Assembly: GCA_051294905.1 (NCBI GenBank)
Contig: CM119378.1
Location: 19,592,001 to 19,656,000, forward strand
Direction of reading: 5' to 3'
Length of the DNA stretch: 64,000 nucleotides
DNA from: Botryllus schlosseri
Taxonomy: Eukaryota
Position numbers and translations under genes: made by a program
Notes under the pieces: generated by a model
Databases searched by the model: none
What the model saw: only the letters and a program-made list of their open reading frames with translations
Told to the model about the DNA's origin: nothing
Shown here: piece after piece, positions 39,048 through 51,868 of the stretch
Numbering within the stretch: the first letter of the stretch is position 1
How the letters are laid out: each line of letters starts with the position of its first letter

Positions 39048-40419
39048 GTATAGCTGCTGTGAGGTGTTTTCTTGCGGTACGCATAGCATTTGTAGCTGCC
39101 AGAGTAGCCTGCATCTGGTGGTAGTGGGCAATGAGCAAGGTAGCACGACAATGTGCTTGATTCTACTCCGAAACGCTTCTTCTCTTGATATTGTCAAAAG
39201 GAAGAATATTATTCGAGTTGGCGTGGTCGGTTAAACCCACGTCCTTCGGCGCGAAAGACTGTAAACGATTCTCGGCGGTATCACGTTTATCTGGACAAGG
39301 CAATTCTACCTCGACTCGGCAGACTCACTACCATAAAATGTCACTCTCTAGCACCATATAATGACAAAAAACGGTTGCATACTCTACATGTTGGATTCAT
39401 TTCAATTTTGAAAGTTCACCGGTCCGCCAGACATTTTTTGAAATTTTACCGGTCCGCGGGGTGAAAAAGGTTGAGAACCACTGCTCTAGAACACACACAG
39501 AGAGATTACGACCATATCCGAGGAAGCAGCTCAATTTTAATATCGGTTCATGCCATGTTCAACGACTTCGAGGCGAGACTAATGGATGCTTTGCGGTCGA
39601 CATGATTTCGCGGGCATAATGCAGTTATACGGCTTAACCCGCAGAATGATTTCGTATACATCTCTTGGCATGCGCTGTTCGTCAAAGGGGGATTTTCGGT
39701 AATTCATTGCATGTTATAGTGGCTATTCGCGGGCCAACATGACCGAATTGAAATGAGACGCAACAATGCTGACTTGTTGCCATTATTAATTACTCTCAAT
39801 CCACACTATACATAGGAAATTGACGAGATATTCCTGTAAGAGTCACAAGTAGCTCTTGACGGACAAACATATGTCAAGAAAGCCGAAGCAAAGATCATTC
39901 CCGATATTGATAGCCGCATCCCGCTCTTTCATTCGACTACGCGGACCACCGGGTCTCGCTGAAAACGAGACCCGGTCGCACTAACACCGCTGTTTGAGGG
40001 CGTGAAGGTTGAATCAATGGCCAAATTGACCACCGTGTATGATACGGAGCGTTATTGAAGAAAACACAGTCTTACGGAAAATAGTGTGCAGTGTACATTT
40101 ACACCCAAAAGATGGCACAGAATTGTACCGAGGTTATCAATCCTACATGTCTACGTGCATACCTTCCTACGACCCCACGTGCAAGCGTCATTTGGATTAA
40201 AATGTTGTGCCTGATTTATACCGCAGTGTAAGTCTGGGGACTGGGGTAGATTATCGTTTCGTGTACAACGAGTGTATATTCACACCCGTATATCAAGGAG
40301 GTACACAGGTGTGAAAACACACTCTTTTTGCTAGGCGTGAAGCCTACTAATAATTTCTATTCTTTAATTTACGGGGAAACTTCTGAAATCAAATTCCCCA
40401 GTTCGCCAGGGGCCAACAC

Positions 40420-40670
40420 CAGAGTTAGTACTTCTACCTCTTCGTAGTGCTCAAGTGGTATTTGCCTGCTTGCACTACTGAGTGCTGACCCATGTAGTTA
40501 TGATTTTTGACTATAGTATACTTTTACTTCTACTTAACAGTTTTCAGTCTGTAGACAAACTAGGCATATAACACTTTTTAACTGACTTGAGAATCCTAAC
40601 TTGTATACTTGAGTACACATTTACAACGATGAATCTACTTCTACTCGAGTATCAACTTCGACCACATCTG
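40420..40670 (+). mobile_element. Short MITE related to the CAGAGGTGGTC family
   Basis: Ends CAGAGTTAG...GACCACATCTG with TSD GCCAACAC/GCCAGCAC (7/8). Interior is rich in TACTTCTACT motifs. Confidence 0.75.
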
Positions 40671-41774
40671 GCCAGCACAGCTGCGCTACCCAGACAGAGC
40701 AAACAAGTATTGAAGGCTACATTTGCGCATCAAACACGAGCCCAGTATCGGAGAAAAGTCAACCACCATGAGACGGTCAATCTCGCGGCAGGCTCACGTA
40801 CAATGTCAAAAGTATATATTTGCTGTAGCTAATGAAAGGTGACTCGCCGATGGCATAAATCTCGCAAACCCGCCGAAGCCGCGGACGGCAATCGTTTGCA
40901 GATTCGTGCAGTGCAAATGAAGATTTCATACCGCGTGCAACGCTAAGGATCAATCAACTTTTAAAATACACCAATTTCCAAACGATATACCGGTAGGCGA
41001 AAAACACAGCATATGTTTCCGCACCCAAGGCACATTTTATCAACACCCTAAATAGGATTTTATATATGTTTTACATAAAACCATAATTATATAAGATATA
41101 CAGGGTGACAGGGAAATCAGATTTGATACGAGGATGAGGTAATCTACAATAAAAATAAAAACAATACCAAAGGGGTTTGGAGGTTATATGACAATTTCAC
41201 AGACACACCCGATGAATATCGGATGAACACCTCAAGTAGATAAAGTTTCCTCCCGGAGTTGATTGACCAAACCATTTTCACCGAATTATATAGGATTTGG
41301 GTGATAAAAGCATACTTCTATAACCTATTAGCTCCCCCAGGCCTGGTGCACAAGTCCAGCACCATAAAACCCCTTATACATACATACATGAACTATATCT
41401 GTGAATGTGATGAATAAACTCGAATGCCGAAGGCAAATATCCTATTCTGGCAATCCGTCTGCAAGGTGAAAGGGCAGAGACAGGGCCTTCGACGAAAGAC
41501 GAAGTGATCCATCAGCGATATCTAGGCATACACTCTGGCGTATCTACCTTTATCCATCACGCATCTAGCAAAGGGCAGTTTGTTGGAACCGCGTCATTTA
41601 AACCATGTTACAGGAACTTTGATTCTGATACAGTTTGAGGCACGGATTCCACCTTCAATCACGTAATGCATTGATATTTTATCAGAAGCGATACGCGAAT
41701 CAGATTATAAGACTGCACCCGTAAAACGTTACCAGGAAGAGAACTGCAATGGAAAGTTCTAGGGTGGCCACCAT

Positions 41775-42266
41775 TCTACTGCTCAGTATTACCAGAAGCA
41801 TTCAAAGTATTCATCGCCTGTACTCAAGTAAAAGTAGCAGCGTCAATGTCTATTTAATTAAAAGTAGAAGTAGCAATTTCCGAGGGTAAGAGTAAGTTAG
41901 TTTCACATGGTAGATGTGATTGACGAGTCGTATACTTTTAGAAGTTAATGCATCGTCGCGACTAACGCAAAATGACCGTTGACACTACGAATCGGGGCGA
42001 TTTTCGGAAATATATTTAGTTATTGTGATACATGGGGTATTTCGCTCAGTTATTAGCACAAATTCACTCATAAATGTGATAGTAATATATCCCAAACTGT
42101 TATCCATTTTACAGAATCCAAAGTCTGCACAGTAAGTAGCCTAACCTAGAAACAGCTAAATAGAATTAGAAGCAGTCAAAAAAACATAACCAATTACGTA
42201 TTCCAAGTAGGCCAAACCTACTTGGGTCTTTGAAAAAGTATAGTACTTCGTAACTGACCACCTCTG
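41775..42266 (-). mobile_element. Degenerate inverted copy of the CAGAGGTGGTC family MITE
   Basis: Ends in GTAACTGACCACCTCTG, with AGTAAAAGTAG/AGTAGAAGTAG motifs near 41830-41880. Confidence 0.65.
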
Positions 42267-42699
42267 GCTACTACCAATATTTGCGAGAATTACGCAAAAC
42301 TGCGCCTCCGAAGTGCACTTTAGCGACCTTGCACTGAATGCCAAACCCATATCTACTGTTTTCGTTGCCTTAATGAAGTGCACACTCAGTCCGGTCTAAG
42401 TCCAGCACACTCAATCCAGTTCACTGATTTATGGTTCCGTAGGCTATACGTAAAGTAAACGACACCGCCCACAAATGAATAAAGTATAATTAGGCACAAT
42501 GTTACATAACTACTCGTGAATCTATGATGCACGATAATCCGGTGTAATATAGCAACCAATGGACGCGATAACGCATTGAAAGCAGAGACACCGGGGCGTG
42601 GCTACAGATTCCACAACGAGATGACTTTACATAGCCACCGATTCCGTTTTATTATGTGCTGTACAGGTTAGCTGTGCAATTATAGATGTCATTTCATGT

Positions 42700-43191
42700 G
42701 ATAATTGAAACGGATAAATTTCAACTCCGTATTTCCAAATTCAAAATTTTAAGTGACAACAGCCTGCATTTCCCTTGATTGCGGTAAGCCTATGTCGCGC
42801 AATTGCTGGCAGCGTTTTATCAACATAACTAACACGCAAACATACTTTTTCGATGCATTCCAATGCCATGCGATTACTATTCCAGATACAGATATTGACG
42901 CCGGAAGAAAAACGTAACGAAGCAGCCGCGTTGATTGGAACTGATCTCGATACCAGGAGGTGATTAGCAACCATTGGAATATGCTAACGAAACCACAAGC
43001 CATAGACCTTGGACATACTTGAACGCGAAAGTAGTTGATTTTATGACCGAAAGTGGGATGCGCTGGTAGTAATGTACTGTACACATTGTATAGTCCCGCA
43101 AAATGCAATTGCCTGCAAATGATAACATCTGAAGAATTTGCATGATCAATGATGAGTTCGGAGGACCGGAATTAACATTTCGCACACGCAT
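42700..43191 (-). pseudogene. Decayed class-A GPCR relic (TM1-TM4)
   Basis: LQMLSFAGNCIL (TM1 GN), LVVSLAYSNG (cf. SLAxxD), GCFVTFF (C3.25 region), IWNSNRMALECIEKVC (cf. AxERYxxVC) and AT*AY (W4.50 lost), in order across frameshifts. Confidence 0.42.
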
Positions 43192-46100
43192 CTGGTATTT
43201 CGCTCATCTTGAAACATAGATACGCGCGGAGTCGATAAGGGTCAATATCCACTCTTTACCGATCTAATGTTCTCAGCGATTTGCATGTTTCGGATATATA
43301 CATTGCGTACCCATATGGTTTCGAGGGATATAGTTGGGCTAAGGTAATAGTATTTCGTGATAGACGGAAGATATGAATACAGTGCGATTTGCAAACAACT
43401 AACACCACCTGCTGGTGGAAGCGCTCTAAAGCGCTCTATCACTTTATGACCTCTTTACGATATTTCATATCATGAGTACATTACTTACTATAGTTAGAAC
43501 ATGGTAAGTATTTCATCAACGCAAGCTAATCGAAACAGAGATGACAGTTTTTAATTCTATTTAGTTACGTTCATGTGAGCTATATTGAACGCGACACGAG
43601 ACAAAGGTGGTGTATAGTATATTATATAGTGTTTTATTATATTTTATATATTATATAAAGGTATTATAACTATTAAACTTTTAACACTGTGTTTTATGGA
43701 TATATTTCAGCGTCAATTATTCAAAAATAACCACATGCTGGAATGATAGCTGTAATTTATCAACATGCGTCCCATTGAATAAGGAGCCACCAATGGGATA
43801 TCGACCCCCTGGTTTACGCTAGATATCTGGTTCGGTAGCTCATACATTGCAATCCATTGTAATCCATTGCCTACAAAAATATAATAATTTAAAATCTACT
43901 CTGCCCAACCCTGCTCTGCACCAACAATACATATTAATCATTTTCATGCAAATTTACGAGCCATTGTACGCTGTGTACAACTGCACACTGTGTACAGTAC
44001 ATGCATGTCTAGACTTTCCTTTCTTCCCGCTGCTATTGTGAAAAAATCCTTCATGACTTTATAGTCCAAAGTTTCAGTCCTACCAGGGACTGAGGGCAGA
44101 TGTTCTAGTGTGAAATCAAAACCGACAACCAGTCCGCTGCCGGATCGACTGATAAAACACTCAACACGAAATAGCGTGAACGCAGACCGCACCGCAGAAC
44201 CGTGCCACATTTGCGTGCGATACTCTCACAAAGTAACCTGAACTAGTGTTACACAATACGGTACACTTGATTACAAGTATACGGAATTGGGCCGCGTATT
44301 TAAACCGCTAAACGCCATCCTGGCAGAGCGTAAGGAAATTAGAATCGTTGGAACATAACAGTGCGAAAGAACTGTTTTCATATGGCGTCAAACTTTGCTG
44401 TTAGTTGGCGTTTGCAATCGAGCTCGCGTCCGCTAATGGACTCAAAGCAGGTGTTTGGGAGCGCGAAAAAGCGTGGCAGCGCATAGCAGACGTTGACAGA
44501 TTGCCCTAACAGAAAATCACGCACAAAGGGGAAGGAAATGATACGAATCTATGCCCATTGCCCAATGATCTGACAGCCGTACAACGATCGACCAAGGATC
44601 AAAACAGGTAATCGCTTTCTCGACTATTTTCGCACCGTATTATGGTCAATGCGACAAAATGATGAGCTTATCATGTTTATACTGGTATAGAAGCAGTTGA
44701 AATTGTAGCCAAATTCACTTTCGCTGTCAATTTCACCTGTGGTGTTTTTCCGCGTGTAAATAGTCGCTCATGACATCATAATATACGAGTATGCACTGAG
44801 TCAATCGAGTCAAAACGGAGCACGGTCACTAAATCTAGCTCGTTCAGTGACAGGCGATGATGCAATGACAGGGAAATATCACGAGCTGTCGAAAGTTTTA
44901 GGCGTCGCGAGAGAGATGTCACACCTTCTCCATGCCGGCATCTTCAAGATAATAAAACGTGCCGTTCAAGCCGGGGATCGTGACGGCAAAGCGAGCCGTC
45001 GGAAATTAGACACAGAGCTACAACAATGAAATCATTTCCGACTAAAAACATTCGCCTATCGAGGGACAGAGACTCATTGGATGATCACTACACGAAAACT
45101 GCTTCAATTTTTGTAGGTTTCTTCTGAACGGAATATATATCTTGATAGAAAAAAATGATTACTCCAGGCACGGATTTGCTGCATTAGCGCTCGGATGCTT
45201 ATGCAGGTGTCCAATTTACAATATCAAGAATTACGCTTCCTATTGCCTTATCGTGACTGACACTGTGAGCTATTCGCGTAAGAGACGCGAGGCACACTTC
45301 CACGAGCCGTGCGTATCGACTTAACCCTCGCTTTCGCGTAAAAGCTACATGGCAAACATTTAGATACCAGTGCTCACGTGGTTACTGTTTTAATTCCAAA
45401 AGTACTAGTGGCTCGATACAGCAGAAATTGCACTGTTCGAGAGCAAAACTACATCAGGTGTAGAGTTCAGAGTATATGTTTTGACTTGAAATTGACTTCG
45501 TTGCGCCAAACCAGAAGCAACCATTCTTAAATAAACGAGACGCATTACCATCAGTACATAATGTCAAAGGGCGATAGCCGTTTCAGCATATCGACTGCAT
45601 CAGTGAAACAGGGGTAATTTTAAATACTCATGTTTTTCTGTGGTCTGGATGATATCCGCTATTAAAAATATGCAATCCCACTGAGTTCCAAATACTACTT
45701 TGTAAAATATAGTTCCAAGCATGTTGTCGCTAAGTCCAATCTTATACGAAATTCGAAGTAACTAACTTGGGCATTTGTGTCAAATGTAGGTATATAATTC
45801 GTAACTGATCCCACCTTCCATAACCACTAATGAGAAGAAGAGGCTATGCCTTCCGAACGCAGCGTGCAGGACACCTGAAGTTCTTAATTTCGACAGAGCG
45901 TTGTGCAACAATCGACAAGCTTGAGTCATAACAAGGCGATTTATATTGCTTTCACTATCAGGAACAGTGGTCTCCGGATAGGACGAAGAAGAGCTGGGTA
46001 CACACGGGTCATATATTCATAGGACACCGGTGTGCTTGAACTCGAACCTGGGTTCACGAGATCAGTGAGATGTTGCCGGAGGATCTTGCAGATGTCACGT

Positions 46101-47673
46101 TCAAACAAACTCGTCCGCTTCCTGACCACGGTGGTTTGAAAGCGTGTCTTTAACCACTGTTTGAACTGTATTTTGCATGAAGCACATGCGTTAGGTTTGC
46201 CGTTGTGTAAAGGATGCCAAAGGTGCGAGCTGTCAAGCTGGTAATTCATAACCTATTGTTGACGGGGACATATAAGTTTAAACGACGCGAGGCGAGGATA
46301 TCAGGGACTGTTTGATAGGAAATCGAAACTAAAAAGCGACACCACCTCGCGTGTAAACCTATGCCAGCGTTTGCATTTTGACGGTAAACAATACGCACCG
46401 TGGCAAACAGGAGTAGGGACTCGGAAAGCAGCCGAAGAAAACATCCGAGTTACAGTTATGAATATGTTGCTATGGAAGCATCGCAAACGGTGACAAATGA
46501 TTGCATCAGGCGCAATTGGCATTATAACGCGGGCGTGGAAAATTCGATCTAGTTCTGGAGGGTTTGTGCATGTGCAATGTGCATTGTGCAACTCTGAACA
46601 ACTTTCTTTTTAACTTTGTGACGTCACATTGGAGTTCAGCTGTTCCTTTCATAACGCAACGAACACAATGCATATATTACCATGGCATGCAGATGTATTG
46701 GTAATTAATATTTTTACATTCGGCAACGTCCAAGGGCGACTCTCACCTTCATGTTTCGGGACTTCTACGGGTTCTTGTATCAACTTACTAATATTCTGGT
46801 AAAGGTATTACTGCGCGCACACGTTGCTACCGCGGTATAAGTCTGAGCTAGATCCTGGATAACTGTTCCATGCGTGTATCTTGCATATTGCTTGGGTCGG
46901 CAAATCCCGGCACGCGAGATAATTTTTCATGGCACGCGAAATGATTTGGCGCAAACTATTATAACCATGTTTTTGCAAAAAATGAAACAGAAGTTTTCAA
47001 AATGTACAAAGCTCGTAGGCGATCCAAAATTATTTCGTAAATCAACATATAGAATAGAGACTTTTCGGGCAGATTTTACTTATCTTGAAATTATTTTCCG
47101 CGCTTTGCGCGATTTATCGGACCTGGTGTCTTGATTATAATGTTGAAACCCCAATAAATAAATAACTATGTTTATACAAAATGTTTATAAAAGCTATACA
47201 TAATGTACAGAAATTATTCAACCGTATTAGCAGTTATGAAAGAGCGTCAACCGAATATCGTATGAAACCATTTGAATGCTTTAGTCCAGAAGTGTTCACC
47301 GTGCAGCCTACTGAAGCGCAGCTTATGAACCGGAATGGCGGCGCTGGGCATTTTCTCGCTATAGAAGACACGACCTAGACAGAAAGTTTCGGACAACATG
47401 CGACCATGCGATTCCTGTACGGTGTATGCGTTGCCAAATGATTGGCGACTGGCCAAAACGCTCGACATTGATATGTCCACTATCCAGGCGCCGAATGGTC
47501 AAGTGCCCGCAGCTTGAGCCGCATGTATCAAACGAGACCTGCCGAGGAAACTAATGAGCCCCGTGTCGAAATGCGAATTTGGAATCATGCTCGTCTCTCA
47601 GAAGGAGATATTTTTTTAGTTTCGACTGTTGACAAGCGATTCCAATATATATGGAGCAACGACAATCTTTACC

Positions 47674-48390
47674 TAGGGTAACCATATTTTGGGAATCTGA
47701 AAAGAGGAAACTTCAAAAATTTCCAGACTTACAATACCGAAGTAAAATCCGGAAAAATTGGTCATTTGTTGTGACTTTATAATTGGTTTACTAAAATATT
47801 TTTAAAAAGTCAACTTTCCGGCGCAACTCCCGAAAGTCCCGCCGGACCGTCACTTGAGTATTGAATTCCTATATCTCAGTTGAGTTAGAACTAGGGCAAG
47901 TTTTTGTTGTAGTCAAATCCCTGGCAAGTTGCATTCATTTTTCACGAAAGTTGCAGTAAAAAGTTGCATTTATTTTTTCACAAAGTTGCACTAAAAGGTG
48001 GCATTTATGGACCAGTTCCTGGAAATTATTAGGTATGAGGTACTCGAATCGATCCATTTCCAAGGCACTGTAGCAAATCTCAGTGCTGGCGACTTCAACA
48101 AAATCAATAGCACGAAAAAATTGACCCGGCGGTCTAGCCTGAATGTACGTTGGATCGGAAAGGACCTCAAATTTAAACGGCAGTGAAATAATGAAGCCAT
48201 CTATATACATATAGTGCCAAATATTTCCAGTAGTTGCATGAAAAATCGAAAAAGTTTCAAAAAGTTGCATGAAAAATGGAGAAAAGTTGCTAAAAGTTGC
48301 AAAAACTTGCCCTAATTATAACATACATCTGACCATAATTTTCAAGAAAGAGGACATTTGGGCGTCCTTCGAGGACACAGAAGATCTATC
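47674..48390 (+). mobile_element. TAGGGTAACCA-type hAT MITE, interrupted
   Basis: Left end TAGGGTAACCATATTTTGGGAATC matches 51417. Right part GGACATTTGGGCG matches ~51820, but the terminus is degenerate. Confidence 0.6.
47892..48314. mobile_element. MITE with AAAGTTGCA repeats
   Basis: TIR TAGGGCAAGTTTTTG...CAAAAACTTGCCCTA, with flanks GTTAGAAC/ATTATAAC (6/8, likely old TSD). Confidence 0.85.
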
Positions 48391-48786
48391 ATTGCGCGAC
48401 TGAAAATAAATTATGTAAATAATATGTACATGCAGACGATAAAATTTATTCCCTTCGCGACCAATAATTCAAGAATCACTGGCGTAACGGGTGCCGTTGC
48501 CAGATGCTGAGAAATGGTTGGTGGTGTTCCTTGCTTGAAACATTAAATATTAATAAATTGAATGTTTTACACGCAAGCTGGTAAAAATTTGACATTGTAT
48601 GACATTTCGGCACGCTGTACACAAGAGGTTGCCGGCCCCTGGTATATTCCCATCTGTATATAAAGGGTGGTACACGGGTGAAAATAAACACTCTTTTCGT
48701 TGAGTGTACACTCGTTTTCTTATCCGAACAATTATTAAACCATATTGAATATTTCCGATAAAGGTGTAGATTTGTAGGCTATATTG

Positions 48787-49266
48787 TTACACGCAATATG
48801 AATCCAATACATAATTGAAGATGGCCAAGATGCAGTCGATGTAGAGACGGTAATTATACACCGTAATTATACATTCCGGTACAGCATTAACGCATATTAT
48901 ACCGCCATAATACTTTCCGTTAACAATAAAGTCTGATCGTGACATTACCACGTTATGCCAACTACAAAGCATCAGATCAGAGCATGAAAAATTAAACACG
49001 CCCTTGCAAGAGGGCGGAGAAACAGCACGACATGTCGCGCAGCAGTATAGCGGATGCGAAAGTAACATGGTCGTCGTAAGATGAAGATATAAAAATATCT
49101 GTTCTTTGTTTATGGTAAATATACCGTAAATAAGTCTTACGCATACTGGAGTAAAGAGGTCAGTCGGTATGAGACGCATCACAAAGTATAGACACTTCAC
49201 GGCACGGCTGCTGATAAAGATGTGATATAACGTAACCGCATTATTCATGCTGGATAATATTTGCAT
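48787..49266 (-). pseudogene. Class-A GPCR relic (TM1-TM5) in the longest ORF of the window
   Basis: 159-aa ORF: SMNNAVTLYHIF (TM1 N), LYFVMRLIPTDLFT (cf. YFxxxLAxxDL), LYCCATCRAVSPP (DRY region degraded), a W in TM4, and NAVPECIITVYNYRLY (TM5 P...Y). No TM6-7 seen in frame. Confidence 0.45.
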
Positions 49267-50317
49267 GAATTACGCCGTGATACATTACACAATGCACTAC
49301 AAGGTTCCTCCTACCATCCATTTTTTCTAGCTTGAAAGTGTGCTTTGTTCGAGAACTAAGGTGAATCGCATTTGGGCATCACATTTTCAGAACAAACCGT
49401 AAAATAAGTCGTGGAGTCATAATTCTCTTGGTATCGTCTATTAGGCCTACTGTATGTCCAACAACAGTAGTTTACATTAAACAAAACTAAAACAAATGTC
49501 CCGCTATTCAAAAGATGTTCTATCATGTGAGTATTATTGGGATTTCTTAAGCGTTTTTCAACTCATTTAATGGGACTATGGGATCTCGGACACGAGAGCT
49601 GATAAAACATGTTGGGCACTTGTCCGGATAGCGTTGATTTTATGGAATAACTGTCAGAGGCAGATGGAATCATGCATCTCCAGTAAATCTCGCAAAATAC
49701 ACGGTTGTCATGAGTTAATGTTTCATGTCTGTAAATTTATGCTCTTACCTTACCAGCTACTATTCCTGTTGTGTCTCCGGAGATATCTTAAAGGGATGCT
49801 GGATCTTTTGGAGTTCTCTTAACAGGAAACAGGCGATGTCTTCTTTGTTTTTCTGGAATAAAAAGTGAATTGATATATATGATTGTGCATTATCGGTAAT
49901 TGTTGGAAATGAGACAATGTAGCGCTTTTCACAATATCGGTCTGTCGTGCCAAGGCCCAAATTTACTATCAGGAATCCGGCTAAAAATGTGTCAAGTTAC
50001 TGCATTTTTGGCTAGGACGAACGCAGCGTGAGATATTAGAAGTTATGGCCACACACGAGAAAGTTGTATGTTGTGAATTCTGCGTTTAAGTTCAAACACA
50101 AATCAATCAAAAACGCTCGAACGACTATCGTACTTTGGGCATGCAAGGAACGAGTGATCTACCGTCTCGGGTACGTGACATAGATCGCACAATGCACCAT
50201 CGAGGCAGCCAAACAGGGACATTACATTTCAATCTCATAGTCTTTGGATTTTCCTATTGTCCAGCTTCTTCATGCGTGATTCTTAGCAATGGAAGTACAT
50301 AAGAAATATCTTCTACT

Positions 50318-50777
50318 CAGAGGTGGTCAGTAAAGAATTACTTTTGCGCAGAGCCTGTAGATTGCGGTTACTTCCACTATATACGTACTGAAGTTGCTAT
50401 GTTTTAGACTGCTTCCAGTTTTTCTTAGACAGTTTTGTAGGCAAAAAAATTTACCTTTCACGCTTTTCATGACATTGCCATAAGAGCCGCTGAAATAGAC
50501 CTCGTATCATAGTAACTGAATGCAGTCTCAAAGATTCTACCTATTTGTTGTGTCATTTTTCATTAGTCGCGAAGATATGAACCGTGCAATTATGAACGTA
50601 GTTGCCTCCGATTAACTACGAAAACTCAAAGCGACCCTGCCACCAAATCTACTTTATGATGCTGCACGCTTGACTACTTTTCAGATCTTTTATTTTCTAT
50701 TTCTACTTCCATGTAAAATAGTTTTGACATGTCTCACAAATTACTACTTCTTCTTGTAATTGAGTAGATCACCCCTT
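50318..50777 (+). mobile_element. CAGAGGTGGTC family MITE (hAT-type)
   Basis: Ends CAGAGGTGGTCAGTAA...TAGATCACCCCTT with TSD CTTCTACT/CATCTACT (7/8). Confidence 0.78.
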
Positions 50778-51299
50778 CATCTACTCCGGCTATACCTACG
50801 CGGTACATATATGCCTGATCACGGATTCTCAAAGCAATATTAGGCAAATGAATTGAATATATAGTTGAAGACAGGACGTTGCTGAAGAGTACAGTTATTC
50901 ATATTAGCATACGAAGCATTGGATACGTTCAAGACTTGTTGCGAGGGTTCGTTAAGCGTGTTAGGTGTTTCAGGTTATCCTTCTAATCCCGGAAGCAGTT
51001 TGCTATACATCCTGTCTTATGGAATTTGTTGTTGCGCATGTGCAGCCAGCGTCGCGTTACTTGAAAACATCGCGCTCACATCTGTTTACACAAAACTTCC
51101 GGAGGCCGCAATAGGATGGAAGTCAAGCTTCCACGTGTTGAGAATCGCGGGTATACCATCGAATACGCGTACACCCGCGCAGCAAACACTTTCAAAATTC
51201 GGGAGGGGCATATTTTAGCAATGTCGCCACCAGAGGTAGTCACGTAGAATTAGAAACATACAGGTAAATAGAAAAATACGTATTCTAGGCCTATTTTTG

Positions 51300-51868
51300 G
51301 AAACTGAAAACTGTCAACTAGAAGTAGAAGTAATCTAACATCATGACCACTTGAGTAAGTAATGGGAATAGGCTAAATATACTTGAAATAATTCGAAAGG
51401 TACAAGTACACGTTACTAGCGTTGCCATATTTTGGAATCGGAAAAGGGGGACACTTTTTTCAGACCATAAAAGTTAGTCTACCGAAATCGAAAACAACTG
51501 ATATTGGAATATTTACTGGAAATCTTGATGTGTCGACTAAAAAATAGAATTACTATCGAATTACTCACTTTGTAACGACACTTCTCTTGTGTTGACTAAG
51601 AAATAAAAGGTGATTTTTTTCTATTGTACTCCCAAAATACCCGCTTATTCACCTTATATTATCACTTATCAACGTTGACTAAGATGTAAAGGTCTATTTT
51701 CAGATTTTACTCCCGCGTAACCAGTCGTCGATCTTTTACGTCAACATTTGACGTCTTTCTTGTTCGTCTTGGGCATTTTAGGCTAAAAAGGTGGACATTT
51801 GGGCGAAGGAAGGAAATTTCTACAAAAAGGACGTATGGTAACCCTATATTCGTTACTGACCACGTCTT
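51300..51868 (-). mobile_element. Degenerate AGTAGAAGTA-rich MITE split by a later insertion
   Basis: 51300-51416 matches the reverse complement of 40430-40560. The family terminus GTTACTGACCAC resumes at ~51852. Confidence 0.6.
51417..51846 (+). mobile_element. TAGGGTTGCCA-type hAT MITE
   Basis: Ends TAGCGTTGCCATA...TATGGTAACCCTA with GGGACAC/GGACAT subterminal motifs. CGTTAC is duplicated on both sides (imperfect TSD). Confidence 0.78.

Larger units (their letters stand above)
37694..39483. mobile_element. hAT/Charlie-type MITE hosting nested insertions
   Basis: TIR CAGAGGTTCTCAACC...GGTTGAGAACCACTG, ACCGGTCCGC subterminal repeats, and perfect TSD CTCTAGAA (37686-37693, 39484-39491). Confidence 0.95.

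Noticed and set aside
43860-44045. LINE RT C-terminal relic (SRLSFLPAAIV)
   Set aside because: Single short motif with no supporting upstream RT motifs.
45941-46591. Coding relics in long, mostly open frames (also 50919-51218)
   Set aside because: No family motif recognised and in-frame stops are present, so no product can be supported.
40260-48720. Shared ~60-bp segment at 40270-40330 and 48640-48700 as a defined element
   Set aside because: The similarity is visible but no ends or TSD could be delimited. It is probably a fragment of another old repeat.
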